From assembly GCA_050949315.1 (NCBI GenBank), contig JBMNFL010000001.1, forward strand, positions 322,043 to 386,042: a DNA stretch of 64,000 nt, in the 5' to 3' direction. The position numbers were made by a program, and so were the translations under genes. Of this stretch, positions 44,004 through 54,202 are shown piece after piece. This DNA comes from Bacilli bacterium (lineage in GTDB: Bacteria > Bacillota_I > Bacilli_A > RFN20 > UBA1709). The notes below the pieces were generated by a model. It made no database searches, was not told the origin of the DNA, and was given only the letters and a program-made list of their open reading frames with translations. The number at the start of each line of letters is the position of its first letter. Position 1 is the stretch's first letter.

Positions 44004-45854
44004 TTAATCGCGGGCCACCTCTTGATCATAATAACCTTCAATGATGTCGCCTTCTTTAAGATCATCATAACCCTTAATGGTGCAGCCGCACTCATAACCT
44101 TCTTTTATCTCTTTAACATCGTTTTGGAAACGTTTTAAAGAGCCCAAAACCCCATCATAGATGACTATGCCATCACGGATGAGCCTAACCTTACTATCGG
44201 CCTTCATAAAGCCTGAGGTCACATAACAACCGGCGATAGTGCCGACTTTGGAAACTTTGAAAAGTTGGCGTATTTCTAATTGACCAGAAACCATCTCTTT
44301 ATAAACCGGTTTCAACATCCCCTTCATCGCCGCTTCCATCTCTTCAATCAGAGCATAGATGACGCGATGTAGACGGATGTCAACATTCTTCTCCTCCGCT
44401 AACTTGCGAATATTGGCGTCAGGTCGCACATTGAAGCCATAGATAAGGGCTTGAGAGGCATCAGCCAATATAACATCACTTTCCGTTATCGCTCCAGCTT
44501 GATAACGAATGACATTGATTTTCACACCCTCAACATCGATTTTTTCTAAAGCCCCCTTAACCGCTTCCGCTGAACCTTGAACATCGGCTTTGATAATCAC
44601 ATTGATGGTGATTGTTTCACCCTCTTTAATCTGATTATAAAGATCATCTAAAGAGTGGGCCGTTGAGCCACGACGTTCCTTCTCAGTCTTGCGACTTATC
44701 CTGGTACTAGCGATAGCCCGGGCTTGTTTTTCGTCCTTAAAAGCCATAAACTTGTCACCAGCTTCGGGGACATCACTAAGGCCGCTTATCACTACTGGTG
44801 AAGAAGGACCAGCGACTTTAATAAGGCGATTAACATCATCGCGCATCTGCCGAATCCGGCCAAAATAAGGGCCGACAACGACACAGTCCCCTGTCCTTAA
44901 ACTACCATTTTGTACCAAAACGGTTGCCACTGGACCTTTGCCTTTATCGAGTTCGGCCTCAACGACCGTTCCCATGGCATAACGCTTGGGATTGGCCTTT
45001 AATTCACGTACTTCTGAAACCACTAAAATATTTTCTAAAAGCTCACTGATTCCGGTTTTTTGTTTAGCCGAAACCGGACAATAAATCGTACTGCCTCCCC
45101 ACTCTTCAGGCACCAAGCCTAAATCGCTAAGGGCATATTTAATCTTCTCAGGATCGGCTCCTTCCTTATCCATCTTATTAACGGCAACAATAATGGGCAC
45201 ATCGGCGGCTTTGGCATGATCGACCGCTTCCCTAGTTTGGGGCATAACTCCATCATCGGCGGCCACCACGATAATAACCACATCGGTGATTTGACTGCCC
45301 CTAGCCCGCATGGCCGTAAAAGCCGCGTGACCTGGAGTATCTAAGAAAGTGATCTTCTTACCTTTAATCTCGACTTGATAAGCCCCAACTGCCTGAGTGA
45401 TGCCCCCAACTTCGCCTTCCGCAACTTTGGTTTTTCTAATAGCATCTAACAAGGTAGTCTTGCCATGGTCAACATGGCCCATAATAGTAACAACTGGAGG
45501 TCTTTCCACCAAATCTTTGGGATCATCGATGATGTCAATTTCTTCGAAATTGCTCTCATCAACTACCTTTTCTTTTTTGAAATCATAGCCAAAATTAAGA
45601 CAGACTAGAGCGATTAAATCATCATCAAGGGTTGAATTGATGTTGACCATCTTGCCATCCATAAAGAGAAATTTGATAATCTCAGTGACAGTTATATTCA
45701 AAGACTCTGCCAATTTGGTAACACTAATCGGCTCTGAATAGGTAAAAACCCCGCCATTTAGCTTCTCGCGTTCTTTTGGCGCGCGAGTAAATCTTTGAAC
45801 ATTGGATGTCCGTCTATCAGTTGGCTTAGATTTACGGATTCTCTTTTTAGCCAT
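44004..45854 (-). CDS. infB: translation initiation factor IF-2
   Basis: [17 protein letters not shown] and NKMD GTPase motifs; 616 aa. Confidence 0.95.
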   Translation of the reverse strand: MAKKRIRKSKPTDRRTSNVQRFTRAPKEREKLNGGVFTYSEPISVTKLAESLNITVTEIIKFLFMDGKMVNINSTLDDDLIALVCLNFGYDFKKEKVVDESNFEEIDIIDDPKDLVERPPVVTIMGHVDHGKTTLLDAIRKTKVAEGEVGGITQAVGAYQVEIKGKKITFLDTPGHAAFTAMRARGSQITDVVIIVVAADDGVMPQTREAVDHAKAADVPIIVAVNKMDKEGADPEKIKYALSDLGLVPEEWGGSTIYCPVSAKQKTGISELLENILVVSEVRELKANPKRYAMGTVVEAELDKGKGPVATVLVQNGSLRTGDCVVVGPYFGRIRQMRDDVNRLIKVAGPSSPVVISGLSDVPEAGDKFMAFKDEKQARAIASTRISRKTEKERRGSTAHSLDDLYNQIKEGETITINVIIKADVQGSAEAVKGALEKIDVEGVKINVIRYQAGAITESDVILADASQALIYGFNVRPDANIRKLAEEKNVDIRLHRVIYALIEEMEAAMKGMLKPVYKEMVSGQLEIRQLFKVSKVGTIAGCYVTSGFMKADSKVRLIRDGIVIYDGVLGSLKRFQNDVKEIKEGYECGCTIKGYDDLKEGDIIEGYYDQEVARD

Positions 45855-45871
45855 AAAAGCTCAACCTCCTT

Positions 45872-46132
45872 TTAAATCTTTTTTAACAATTCTTCATAAA
45901 TACTCTCCGGTATCGCGATCTCTAAGGCTTTAGCCAGGGCGTTTTTGCGTTTGGCAAGTTCAATTACCGCGGCCTCTTTTTTTAAATAAGCCCCACGCCC
46001 ATTAGCCCGACCGCTTTCATCAACAAAGACCTCGCCTTCTTTATTTTTAACAACTCTAAGTAGTTCCTTTTTAGGTAATAACTCTTGAGTTACTACACAC
46101 TTTCTCAAAGGAATTTTTTTAACCTTAATCAT
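45872..46132 (-). CDS. ylxR: YlxR (DUF448) RNA-binding protein
   Basis: MIKVKKIPLRKCVVTQE...GRGAYL motif; internal ATG at 46132 was chosen because the longer ORF overlaps the nusA 3' end out of frame. Confidence 0.7.
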   Translation of the reverse strand: MIKVKKIPLRKCVVTQELLPKKELLRVVKNKEGEVFVDESGRANGRGAYLKKEAAVIELAKRKNALAKALEIAIPESIYEELLKKI

Positions 46133-47789
46133 AGTACTCATCGTAATCTTCTTCATCGTAGTCATAATCGTAGTCGTCCTTCTTAGCCGCTTCTTCTTCC
46201 TCTTGAATGGCCTTGAGTTCTTCTTCGGTGTAGACTGGCATGTAGTTCTTACGAGCCTCTTCTTCTCTTGCCTTCGCCTTTGCCTCTTCTTCTTTCTTTT
46301 TCGCCTTATTGGATTTTCTAGCAACCGTCTTCTTCTCAACTGGTTTTTCTACTTCCTCAGGCTGACTTTCCTCGACAACAGGAATGTGTTCGGCCTTGAT
46401 TTTAGGCGTCGGCATTCTAGCTAAAATATCCTCTAAGTGACTTTCTTCTTTTGGTAAAGGTGGCACAATATCTTCAGCAACTTTTTTCTCTTCAACTTTA
46501 GCAGTCTCTTCTAAAACTTCTTCTGTTGGCACACTAGCCTCTACAGGAACTTCTTCACTTTCCTTAACTTCTGGTGCCAGTTCTAATTCTTCAGCTTCCT
46601 CTTGACGATACTTCAAAGCATATTCCGCCCGAATGTCACTGATAGTCCGATAATTTAAACGTTCGGCTAAAGCCTCGTCCACTGTCTTAATATCAATATT
46701 GTAATCCGTTATGCGCGCAGCCAAGGAGACATTTTGGCCCTTGCGTCCAACGGCTAAAGAAAAATCATCATTAGCCACAACTACCGTGGCTCTACCTTTG
46801 CGTCCTCGCACCTGACGATCTTCATCCTCATTGAGATCGGACTTTTCTACTGTATCATCCGCCGTATTCTTCTCAAGAATAAGCCCCAAAACCTCAGCGG
46901 GTTTCAAAGCTTCAGCAATAAATAACTCAGGTTCATCATAATACTGAATAACATCAATTTTCTCATTAGCAAGTTGATTGCTGATATTTTGAATACGCAT
47001 ACCTTTTTGACCAATACAGGCCCCAGGGGCATCGATGTTAGGATCGGTGCTGAAAACAGCAACCTTTGCTCTTTCACCAGGAATTCTAGCGATTTTCTTG
47101 ATATCGACAAGACCGTTATGCACTTCGGTAATCTCGCGATCAAACAAGCATTTTAATAGACCAGGTGCCGTCCGCGAAACGACCACTTGGTTCTTATCAA
47201 CTGATAAAATATAGACTCTTATCTGCTGACCAACATAATAGTTCTCAGTGGGAATTCTCTGCCTTGCGGGCATTACCGCGTTGGTAGTTCCAAAATTAAT
47301 TAAGATCCTAGGTTCAACCTTTTCTACAATGCCGGTAAAGATATCGTAAACCTTGTCGTGGAATTGCTCATAGATAACTTTCTTTTCGGCTTCCTTAATC
47401 TGTTGCTTTAGGTTTTGTTTGATATACATGACGGCCATTCTTTGGAAATCATCAATGGGAATTTCTTTTTCAATGACATCGCCAACTTTGGCATCTTTCT
47501 TTATCTTCTTGGCATCACTTAAAAGAATCTCATAGGATGAATCATAACTATTATCATCCGGCTTATCGATGACATCCTTTTGAGCATAAAAGCGAATACT
47601 ACCGTTGGTTTCATCCACCTCAACCCGGGCCTTCGCATTGATATTGGCATTCTTTTCTTTAAATTTCTTTTGGTAGGCTAAAATCAGCGACTGTTTTAAA
47701 GCATCGATAATAACATCCGCTGGAATATTAGTTTTCTCTTGTAGCTCAGCAAAGGCGGCTACAAATTCTTTAGCATTAATCATGTGCAT
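46125..47789 (-). CDS. nusA: transcription termination/antitermination factor NusA with long acidic C-terminal extension
   Basis: S1 and two KH domains (residues 1 to about 350) followed by about 200 aa of Glu/Lys-rich low complexity ending DDYDYDYDEEDYDEYYD. Confidence 0.9.
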   Translation of the reverse strand: MHMINAKEFVAAFAELQEKTNIPADVIIDALKQSLILAYQKKFKEKNANINAKARVEVDETNGSIRFYAQKDVIDKPDDNSYDSSYEILLSDAKKIKKDAKVGDVIEKEIPIDDFQRMAVMYIKQNLKQQIKEAEKKVIYEQFHDKVYDIFTGIVEKVEPRILINFGTTNAVMPARQRIPTENYYVGQQIRVYILSVDKNQVVVSRTAPGLLKCLFDREITEVHNGLVDIKKIARIPGERAKVAVFSTDPNIDAPGACIGQKGMRIQNISNQLANEKIDVIQYYDEPELFIAEALKPAEVLGLILEKNTADDTVEKSDLNEDEDRQVRGRKGRATVVVANDDFSLAVGRKGQNVSLAARITDYNIDIKTVDEALAERLNYRTISDIRAEYALKYRQEEAEELELAPEVKESEEVPVEASVPTEEVLEETAKVEEKKVAEDIVPPLPKEESHLEDILARMPTPKIKAEHIPVVEESQPEEVEKPVEKKTVARKSNKAKKKEEEAKAKAREEEARKNYMPVYTEEELKAIQEEEEAAKKDDYDYDYDEEDYDEYYD

Positions 47790-47796
47790 TTTCCTC

Positions 47797-48267
47797 CTAT
47801 AACTTTACACATGTTCGAGCCGCAGTGATATTGCTACGACTGATGACAACTTCTTTAACTTGCGTTTTAATCTTTATTTCTAGGCTTATTGTTTCGGCAT
47901 CAACATCTCTTAAATAGCCAACTAATTCATCATAGCCAGCCACCTTTTCTTGGACTTGGACTAAGATGTATTGATCAATAGCGGCCTGCCATTGCTCAGA
48001 ATTTATCAAGGCTTTCTCCGCCCCCGCGGAAGCCACTTCTAAAATATACTCTGAATCAATGGGGTCTTCTTTATCTAAGGCCAAAGATATTTTCTCACTG
48101 AGGGCAACACAACAATCAAGATCAACTCCGCCCTTTTTATCAATTAAAATTGATAAGATTAAATCTTTACCTTCCTGATGTAAGGATAAGTCATAGAGTT
48201 CAAGTTCTGGACTTAATAAGGGTAAGACCAGTTCTTTTAACCTTGTATAGAGCTTTTTATCCACCAA
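47797..48267 (-). CDS. rimP: ribosome maturation factor RimP
   Basis: 156 aa upstream of nusA; non-ATG start (TTG/GTG) preceded by SD GGAGGTG. Confidence 0.8.
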   Translation of the reverse strand: MVDKKLYTRLKELVLPLLSPELELYDLSLHQEGKDLILSILIDKKGGVDLDCCVALSEKISLALDKEDPIDSEYILEVASAGAEKALINSEQWQAAIDQYILVQVQEKVAGYDELVGYLRDVDAETISLEIKIKTQVKEVVISRSNITAARTCVKL

Positions 48268-48270
48268 AAC

Positions 48271-48310
48271 ACCTCCTAAATAAAACTTAAGAGTGGGTTT
48301 GGGCCCACTC
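48271..48310 (-). promoter_or_regulatory. rimP-nusA operon leader stem-loop + U-tract (terminator/attenuator)
   Basis: GAGUGGGCCCAAACCCACUC hairpin followed by UUAAGUUUUAUUU directly 5' of the rimP SD. Confidence 0.45.
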
Positions 48311-48367
48311 GACTGTAGTCATACTAGCATAAAAGAGAAAAATAAGCAAGGAAAATCTTTAGGATTT

Positions 48368-49009
48368 TTACTTAGAGCAGAGTTTAACTCCCGAAGAAGT
48401 GCCAATCCGACTGGCCCCTGCTTGAACTAAAGCCTCTAAGTCTTCACGACTGCGAATACCCCCTGAAGCTTTCACACCCAACTTATCGCCAACGGTTTTC
48501 CGCATTAAACTGACATCGTGAACCGTGGCTCCACCAGTAGAAAAACCCGTGGAGGTTTTAACAAAGTCGGCACCCGCCTCTAAGGCTAGCTTACAGGCTT
48601 GAACCTTTTCTTCATCGCTTAATAAACAAGTTTCAATGATAACTTTGACTAAGCGCCCTTTCGCCGCCTTAACCACGGCCTTAATGTCGCCATAAACATA
48701 GTCATAAAAACCGGCCTTTAAAGCCCCGACATTGATGACCATATCAATCTCATCGGCCCCGTTATCTAAGGCATTGCTGGTCTCAAAAGCCTTGGTTTCA
48801 GAAGTCGTCGCTCCTAAAGGAAAGCCAATAACGGTGCAGACCTTAACCCGACTCCCCTTTAATTGCTGAGTGCAAAATTTAACATAACAGGGATTTACAC
48901 AGACCGCATAAAAATTATATTCCTTGGCCTCTAAACAAAGTTTAGCGATTGCTTCTTGTGAGGCCTCTGGCTTTAACAAAGTATGATCAATTAGTTGATT
49001 GTAATCCAT
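48368..49009 (-). CDS. deoC: deoxyribose-phosphate aldolase
   Basis: 213-aa DeoC TIM barrel (Schiff-base Lys region [11 protein letters not shown]). Confidence 0.9.
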   Translation of the reverse strand: MDYNQLIDHTLLKPEASQEAIAKLCLEAKEYNFYAVCVNPCYVKFCTQQLKGSRVKVCTVIGFPLGATTSETKAFETSNALDNGADEIDMVINVGALKAGFYDYVYGDIKAVVKAAKGRLVKVIIETCLLSDEEKVQACKLALEAGADFVKTSTGFSTGGATVHDVSLMRKTVGDKLGVKASGGIRSREDLEALVQAGASRIGTSSGVKLCSK

Positions 49010-49011
49010 TT

Positions 49012-50316
49012 TTACTCCTCCTTTATCTGACCATAACAGTGGGGATAACCACTTTCTACTATTATAACCTCTTTTATTTCATTTAGGTATTTCTGATTAG
49101 CTTTTACCGCCACTCTTAGATAATTTGGACTATAGCCGAGCATCTTTTGCTTACTAGAATCTAGACTCTCAAATAAAACGTCTAAACTTTGACCTACAAA
49201 GTTCAACGCATAATTTTTGGCGAGTTCTATAGACAAACTCCGTAAGATTTGCACACGTTTCTTCTTTATATCAGGTTCTATCTGCCCTTCCATCTGGGCG
49301 GCTTTAGTCCCTAAACGCTTAGAATAGGGAAAGACATGAAGGAAAGAAAAATTGAGCTTTTTAATAAAGTTATAAGTTTCATTAAACTCCGCTTCACTTT
49401 CCATAGGAAAACCCACAATCACATCAGTACTGATAGAAATAAGGGGTAACTTCTCTCGGATTCTTTTAATCTTTTGTGCAAACTCCTCACAGTTATATCT
49501 GCGGTTCATTCTCTTTAAAACACTATTAGAGCCTGACTGTAAAGGGATATGTAAGTGCGGGACAATTCGCTTATCTATCGTCAATAAATCAATAAACTCA
49601 TCGCTTATCTCACTTTCTTCAATCGAAGAAATCCGTATACGCATGTCCTTAGGTAAAACTTGTAAGAGTTCTTTTAAAAGATCAGTAAAATTATAGTCTT
49701 TTAAATCCGAGCCATAAGCGGCCGTATGGATTCCTGTGAGTACCAGTTCCTTAAAACCATTAACCACCAATCTTTGGGCCTCTTCTATAATATCCTCTTT
49801 TGGACGCGAGCGCATTGGCCCACGCGCATAGGGAATAATACAGAAACTACAAAAGTTATTACAACCATCTTGAATCTTTAAAAAGGCCCGCGTGTTATCA
49901 TTATAACTCGTAACTTTTAAAGGCTCGTAAGAGGTGATTTTTAAGCTATCATCAATACGAATTAACACTTCACCCTTTTGTTCATATTCTTGAACTAGGG
50001 AAGCAATGTCTTTACGATACTGGGTGCCAATGACAATTTTAACACCCCTAAGTTTACTAACAACTTCGCTGGCTAACTGTGAATAACAACCTGCCACCAC
50101 TAAGATAGCCTTAGGATGTTTACGATGCTCACGGTTGATCATCTGGCGACTCTTGGCATCACTAACCCCTGTAACAGTGCAGGTATTAATTAAAATTAAA
50201 TCTGGCTCTTCTGTTGTAGCTTGCCTATAACCAATCTCTTCAAGTTGCTCAGCCATCGCCATGGATTCATACGTATTAACCTTACAACCCAGGGTAATAA
50301 TTCGATAATACTTCAT
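49012..50316 (-). CDS. mtaB: tRNA t6A37 methylthiotransferase MtaB (radical SAM MTTase)
   Basis: MTTase N-domain, CxxxCxxC radical-SAM motif (CNNFCSFC) and TRAM domain; internal ATG at 50316 used ([14 protein letters not shown]), 1-nt overlap with the rsmE stop. Confidence 0.8.
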   Translation of the reverse strand: MKYYRIITLGCKVNTYESMAMAEQLEEIGYRQATTEEPDLILINTCTVTGVSDAKSRQMINREHRKHPKAILVVAGCYSQLASEVVSKLRGVKIVIGTQYRKDIASLVQEYEQKGEVLIRIDDSLKITSYEPLKVTSYNDNTRAFLKIQDGCNNFCSFCIIPYARGPMRSRPKEDIIEEAQRLVVNGFKELVLTGIHTAAYGSDLKDYNFTDLLKELLQVLPKDMRIRISSIEESEISDEFIDLLTIDKRIVPHLHIPLQSGSNSVLKRMNRRYNCEEFAQKIKRIREKLPLISISTDVIVGFPMESEAEFNETYNFIKKLNFSFLHVFPYSKRLGTKAAQMEGQIEPDIKKKRVQILRSLSIELAKNYALNFVGQSLDVLFESLDSSKQKMLGYSPNYLRVAVKANQKYLNEIKEVIIVESGYPHCYGQIKEE

Positions 50317-51041
50317 TAGCGGCCACACTCCATAAAACTCATGATAAGTGTAAGGGCCGCAATGGCGGCTGTTTCCGCTCTTAAGATTCTTGGTCCAAGG
50401 CTTACCCCTTTGGCACCTAAAGAATAAAAACAATCGAATTCTTCCATACAAAATCCACCTTCTGGTCCAATGATAATCGTTACTTCTTCACTGGGATTTT
50501 GTTTAAGAACGCTAACTAAAGATGGCTCTTTTTTACGCCCAAGTCTTTCATCGGCTAGGATTACAAGACCTTTTAAATAGGGCTTTAAATCCGCCATTTT
50601 ACAAGGCTCAAAAATTAAAGGAATGCTTAAGCGCTCCGCTTGCTCACTGGCTTCTTTTAAAATCTTTTGCCAACGTAAAAGTTTTTTAGGAATGCTTTTA
50701 TCATCTAATTTAACAACCGAATGTTTGGCAAAATAAGGAATGATTTTACTGACACCAAGCTCAGTGGCTTTCTGCAAAATCAACTCAAAACTATCCCCCT
50801 TAGTTAAGGCTTGAACAAGGTTGATTTTTAAATCACGGACTAAACTTTCTTGTTCCGAAACTAGACTAGCATAAAGACTATCCTTTGTTAGAACTAAGCG
50901 ACAAAGAAACTTTTTACCCTCAAAAAGACAAGCGACTTCATCGCCATGATGAAAACGCATAACATGACGAATGTGATGTTCATCATCTTTATGAAAATAG
51001 AATTTATCCTCTACGCGTTTTTCCACAAAATAATGCTGCAT
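50316..51041 (-). CDS. rsmE: 16S rRNA (uracil1498-N3)-methyltransferase RsmE
   Basis: 241-aa PUA-like N-terminus plus SPOUT fold. Confidence 0.85.
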   Translation of the reverse strand: MQHYFVEKRVEDKFYFHKDDEHHIRHVMRFHHGDEVACLFEGKKFLCRLVLTKDSLYASLVSEQESLVRDLKINLVQALTKGDSFELILQKATELGVSKIIPYFAKHSVVKLDDKSIPKKLLRWQKILKEASEQAERLSIPLIFEPCKMADLKPYLKGLVILADERLGRKKEPSLVSVLKQNPSEEVTIIIGPEGGFCMEEFDCFYSLGAKGVSLGPRILRAETAAIAALTLIMSFMECGR

Positions 51042-51042
51042 T

Positions 51043-51372
51043 TTAATAACCCTTCTGTCCTTTGTTGCGTTTTTTTAAAGCGATTTGAACTTCTAAAATC
51101 TCTTTCTTAACTTGGTATTCTTCAGCGTTTATCTTCCCTTCCTGATGACTTTGTTCTAAATCAGCAAGGGCTTGATTTAAGCTATCTAAACTCTTTTGAA
51201 ATTCCCGTTTCCGTCTTTTAACGATGTTGGTTACAAAACTTACAAAGACTAAAAAAACAAGAACCAAGATTACTAATGGCAAAATATCCTGGCCAAAAAT
51301 GATATAAGCAAGTATGAGTCCGGCGACTAGTAAAATGACAATTGTCACAAGCGTCCCAAGCTGTTTTTTCAT
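51043..51372 (-). CDS. small membrane protein with C-terminal SHOCT-like motif
   Basis: one TM helix followed by LADLEQSHQEGKINAEEYQVKKEIL (SHOCT-like); start at 51372 preceded by SD GGAAGG; the longer ORF runs to 51414. Confidence 0.5.
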   Translation of the reverse strand: MKKQLGTLVTIVILLVAGLILAYIIFGQDILPLVILVLVFLVFVSFVTNIVKRRKREFQKSLDSLNQALADLEQSHQEGKINAEEYQVKKEILEVQIALKKRNKGQKGY

Positions 51373-51470
51373 AATCTTGACCTTCCTTTCTAATAATATA
51401 GCAATTTTTACCAAGTATCAGCAATAATATTAAATTTTTTCAGCCAATCTCTTTAACTTTCATGATGTCT

Positions 51471-51586
51471 ATTGAACAAAAATGCAGAAAACCGCAAAAA
51501 TGTTCAGTGAACCTCTTGAAAAATAAGTATCTTATGTTATAATCGTATTGAACAAAAACGCAGAAAACTGCAAAAATGTTCAGTGA
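51471..51586. repeat. two 40-bp direct repeats (2 mismatches) bracketing a TTGAAA-16-TATAAT promoter
   Basis: copy 1 at 51471-51510 and copy 2 at 51547-51586; each copy has inverted ends TGAACA...TGTTCA and inner GCAG-AAAA-CTGC; -35 at 51516-21 and -10 at 51538-43. Confidence 0.8.
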
Positions 51587-51596
51587 GGTTATAAAG

Positions 51597-52841
51597 ATGC
51601 GCATACAAAGAGATAGATATTTAAAAGAACTAATAAGTTCAAAAGGAAACAAACTAATTAAAATTATCACCGGCATTAGAAGATGTGGCAAATCCTATTT
51701 ACTTGACCCAATTTTTAAAGAGCATTTATTGAGTACCGGCATCCAGGATGATCACATAATTAAAATAAATCTAGATGAAAGAAGGAATCGTAAATATCGA
51801 AATCCCGACCTTCTCGATACAGAAGTTAGAAAGAGAATTGTCGATGATGATATATATTACTTGCTACTAGATGAAATTCAACTTGTTGATGATTTTGAGT
51901 CAGTGCTGAATGGTTTTTTACGTATTAATAATTTAGATATATATGTTACGGGAAGTAATTCAAAGTTTTTATCTTCGGATATAATTACGGAATTTCGGGG
52001 AAGAGGCGAACAAATTCGTATCTATCCTTTGTCTTTTAAAGAATATTTTTCGGCCGTTGAGATGGACAAAAGAGATGCCTTTGAATCTTATCTTGTGTAT
52101 GGTGGAATGCCCTTAATTCTTTCAATGAAATCAGATATTAAAAAGGCGAATTACCTAAAACAGTTGTTTGACTTGACATATACCAAAGACATTATTGATA
52201 GAAATAACATCAAGAAAAGCGACGTTTTAGAAAGATTGATAGATATTTTGGCCTCCTCTGTAGGTTCACTAACAAATCCTAACAAACTGCTTAATACCTT
52301 CCGAAGCAGTGGCTATAAGGACCTATCTAGGAACACTGTTGACCTATACTTATCATATTTAACAGATTCTTTTTTGATCGAGAAGGTCGATAGATACAAT
52401 ATAAAGGGCAAAAAATACATTCAAACTCCTTCTAAATACTATTTTGCAGATGTTGGGTTAAGAAATGCTAGATTAAATTTTCGACAAATAGAAGAAAATC
52501 ATATCTTGGAAAATATCGTTTACCTTGAATTAGTAAGACGCGGATATAATGTTGATGTTGGTGTCGTTGAAATATACGATAAAAACACAAGAATGCAACT
52601 AGAAATTGATTTCGTATGCAATCAAGGGGATAAACGTTATTACATTCAAACAACACTAAATCTAAGTGCAAGAGAAAAAACGCTTAAAGAAGAGCGTCCT
52701 TTGTTGAATATAACAGATAATTTTAAAAAAATAATAATAGTAAAAGGAACAAAAATACCTCGGTATACTGAGGAGGGAATCTTAGTAATGGGGATTATTG
52801 ACTTTTTATTAAATGACAATAGTTTAGAGGTTTTGTTTTAA
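51597..52841 (+). CDS. AAA+ ATPase with C-terminal DUF4143 domain (paralogue of 24685-25887)
   Basis: Walker A GIRRCGKS, Walker B LLLDEIQ; start at 51597 with SD GAGGT (the track start at 51576 lies inside the repeat copy). Confidence 0.75.
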   Translation: MRIQRDRYLKELISSKGNKLIKIITGIRRCGKSYLLDPIFKEHLLSTGIQDDHIIKINLDERRNRKYRNPDLLDTEVRKRIVDDDIYYLLLDEIQLVDDFESVLNGFLRINNLDIYVTGSNSKFLSSDIITEFRGRGEQIRIYPLSFKEYFSAVEMDKRDAFESYLVYGGMPLILSMKSDIKKANYLKQLFDLTYTKDIIDRNNIKKSDVLERLIDILASSVGSLTNPNKLLNTFRSSGYKDLSRNTVDLYLSYLTDSFLIEKVDRYNIKGKKYIQTPSKYYFADVGLRNARLNFRQIEENHILENIVYLELVRRGYNVDVGVVEIYDKNTRMQLEIDFVCNQGDKRYYIQTTLNLSAREKTLKEERPLLNITDNFKKIIIVKGTKIPRYTEEGILVMGIIDFLLNDNSLEVLF

Positions 52842-53017
52842 AGAAAATCGGTCTCATTTAAAAGCCCTAATCAAGTTATAGTCGAATATTTCTCAAAGTG
52901 TAACATATGTCTTGACAATTAAGAGATTTTTAGCCAAGCTTTTTAACTTTTCTTGTTGAAATTAACTCTTATTAGTGTTATCATAATAACGCTATTTTAT
53001 TTAGGGAGGTAGAGGGC

Positions 53018-53668
53018 ATGAAGAAGTTCTTTGCTGCTATCGGTCAATTCTTAAAGACCAACTATTGGTTACAACCACTACTGTTAGTAGTTATTGTTTT
53101 TGTCTTGGTTTTCAGTTTACAAGGTTTTGACTCGGTGATTGAGTCTATTAAAAACTGGATCTCACCTCATAGTAAATGCAGCGAATGTACATCTCTTAAA
53201 TATGATAAGGCTAAGGCCCGTGTTCAAGCCCTTGAAAAAGATAAAGCCATCTATATCTTCATCTACGAAGATAAGTGCGATGCCTGTAAAACCATCTATA
53301 AAAAATTCAATACCTTCATTAAGGCCAACAAAATTGACGTCCTTGCCATCAATGTCGGTATCAAAGAAACTGACAAACTGACGGAAAAGGTTACTTATTA
53401 TGATACTACGCTAGGGGCTGACCCTGATGAAAATGGTCACGATGAATTAGCTGAGCTAACTGAAGAAGTCCGCCTCTATCTTGTTAACTATACTTCTCAA
53501 ATTGTTGGTAAGAGTGCCTATTCTTATACCCTAACCAAACCAAGTCTTATTCGTTATGTTAATAAAAGCAGTGAAGATGGCGTGCGAGTTGAAGGCGTAA
53601 TTACGGAAACAAGCTCCTTCAATGCTGATGGTCTAAGAACCTTTACCAATCCGGAAACCTATGAATAA
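53018..53668 (+). CDS. membrane-anchored thioredoxin-like protein (two CxxC motifs)
   Basis: N-terminal TM anchor, CSEC and CDAC motifs within a Trx-like beta-alpha pattern; SD GGGAGG. Confidence 0.45.
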   Translation: MKKFFAAIGQFLKTNYWLQPLLLVVIVFVLVFSLQGFDSVIESIKNWISPHSKCSECTSLKYDKAKARVQALEKDKAIYIFIYEDKCDACKTIYKKFNTFIKANKIDVLAINVGIKETDKLTEKVTYYDTTLGADPDENGHDELAELTEEVRLYLVNYTSQIVGKSAYSYTLTKPSLIRYVNKSSEDGVRVEGVITETSSFNADGLRTFTNPETYE

Positions 53669-53698
53669 AGAAAGCAGCGTGAAAGCTGCTTTTTACTT
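53669..53698. terminator. bidirectional terminator (Trx-like gene / trmL)
   Basis: AAGCAGC-GUGAAA-GCUGCUU hairpin with flanking U-runs. Confidence 0.6.
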
Positions 53699-54202
53699 TA
53701 ATAAATAATCTTCTCCTTTTAAGAAATCTTCGGTAGCTAGATCTTCGTAATCTAATTGTCTTAAGGCTTCATAAGCCACAACCGCTACACAGTTAGCAAG
53801 ATTTAAACTGCGCGCGTTAGCCTTCATTGGTAGGCGCAGACAAGTAGCAAGATTGGCTTGTAAGATTTCTTTAGGAATCCCTGTGCTTTCACGACCAAAC
53901 ATAAAATAAAGGTCTCCCACATCCTTACGAAAATCCACCATTGATGGGGCTTTAAAACCGTATCTTGTTATATAGTATATTTTTTTAGCTTTTACCTTTT
54001 TAACAAAAGTTTCATAATCGGAATACAGCTCATAGTCAGCCCCTTGAATATAATCTAAACCCGCCCTTTTTAAACTCGCATCATTCATCTTAAAACTTAA
54101 GGGTCCAATGATATGAAGATAAGCCCCTATTGCTCGACAAGTCCGTAAAATGTTGCCCGTGTTTTGTGGCTTTTCCGGTCGATATAAAATAATGTTGATC
54201 AT
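53693..54202 (-). CDS. trmL: tRNA (cytidine34/uridine34-2'-O)-methyltransferase TrmL (SpoU)
   Basis: 169-aa SPOUT MTase. Confidence 0.8.
   Translation of the reverse strand: MINIILYRPEKPQNTGNILRTCRAIGAYLHIIGPLSFKMNDASLKRAGLDYIQGADYELYSDYETFVKKVKAKKIYYITRYGFKAPSMVDFRKDVGDLYFMFGRESTGIPKEILQANLATCLRLPMKANARSLNLANCVAVVAYEALRQLDYEDLATEDFLKGEDYLLK

Noticed and set aside
46133-46339. Arg/Lys-rich 69-aa N-terminal extension of ylxR (MRRRRLLENPIRRKRKKK...)
   Set aside because: It is the out-of-frame overlap with the nusA acidic tail; the conserved YlxR domain begins at the internal ATG at 46132
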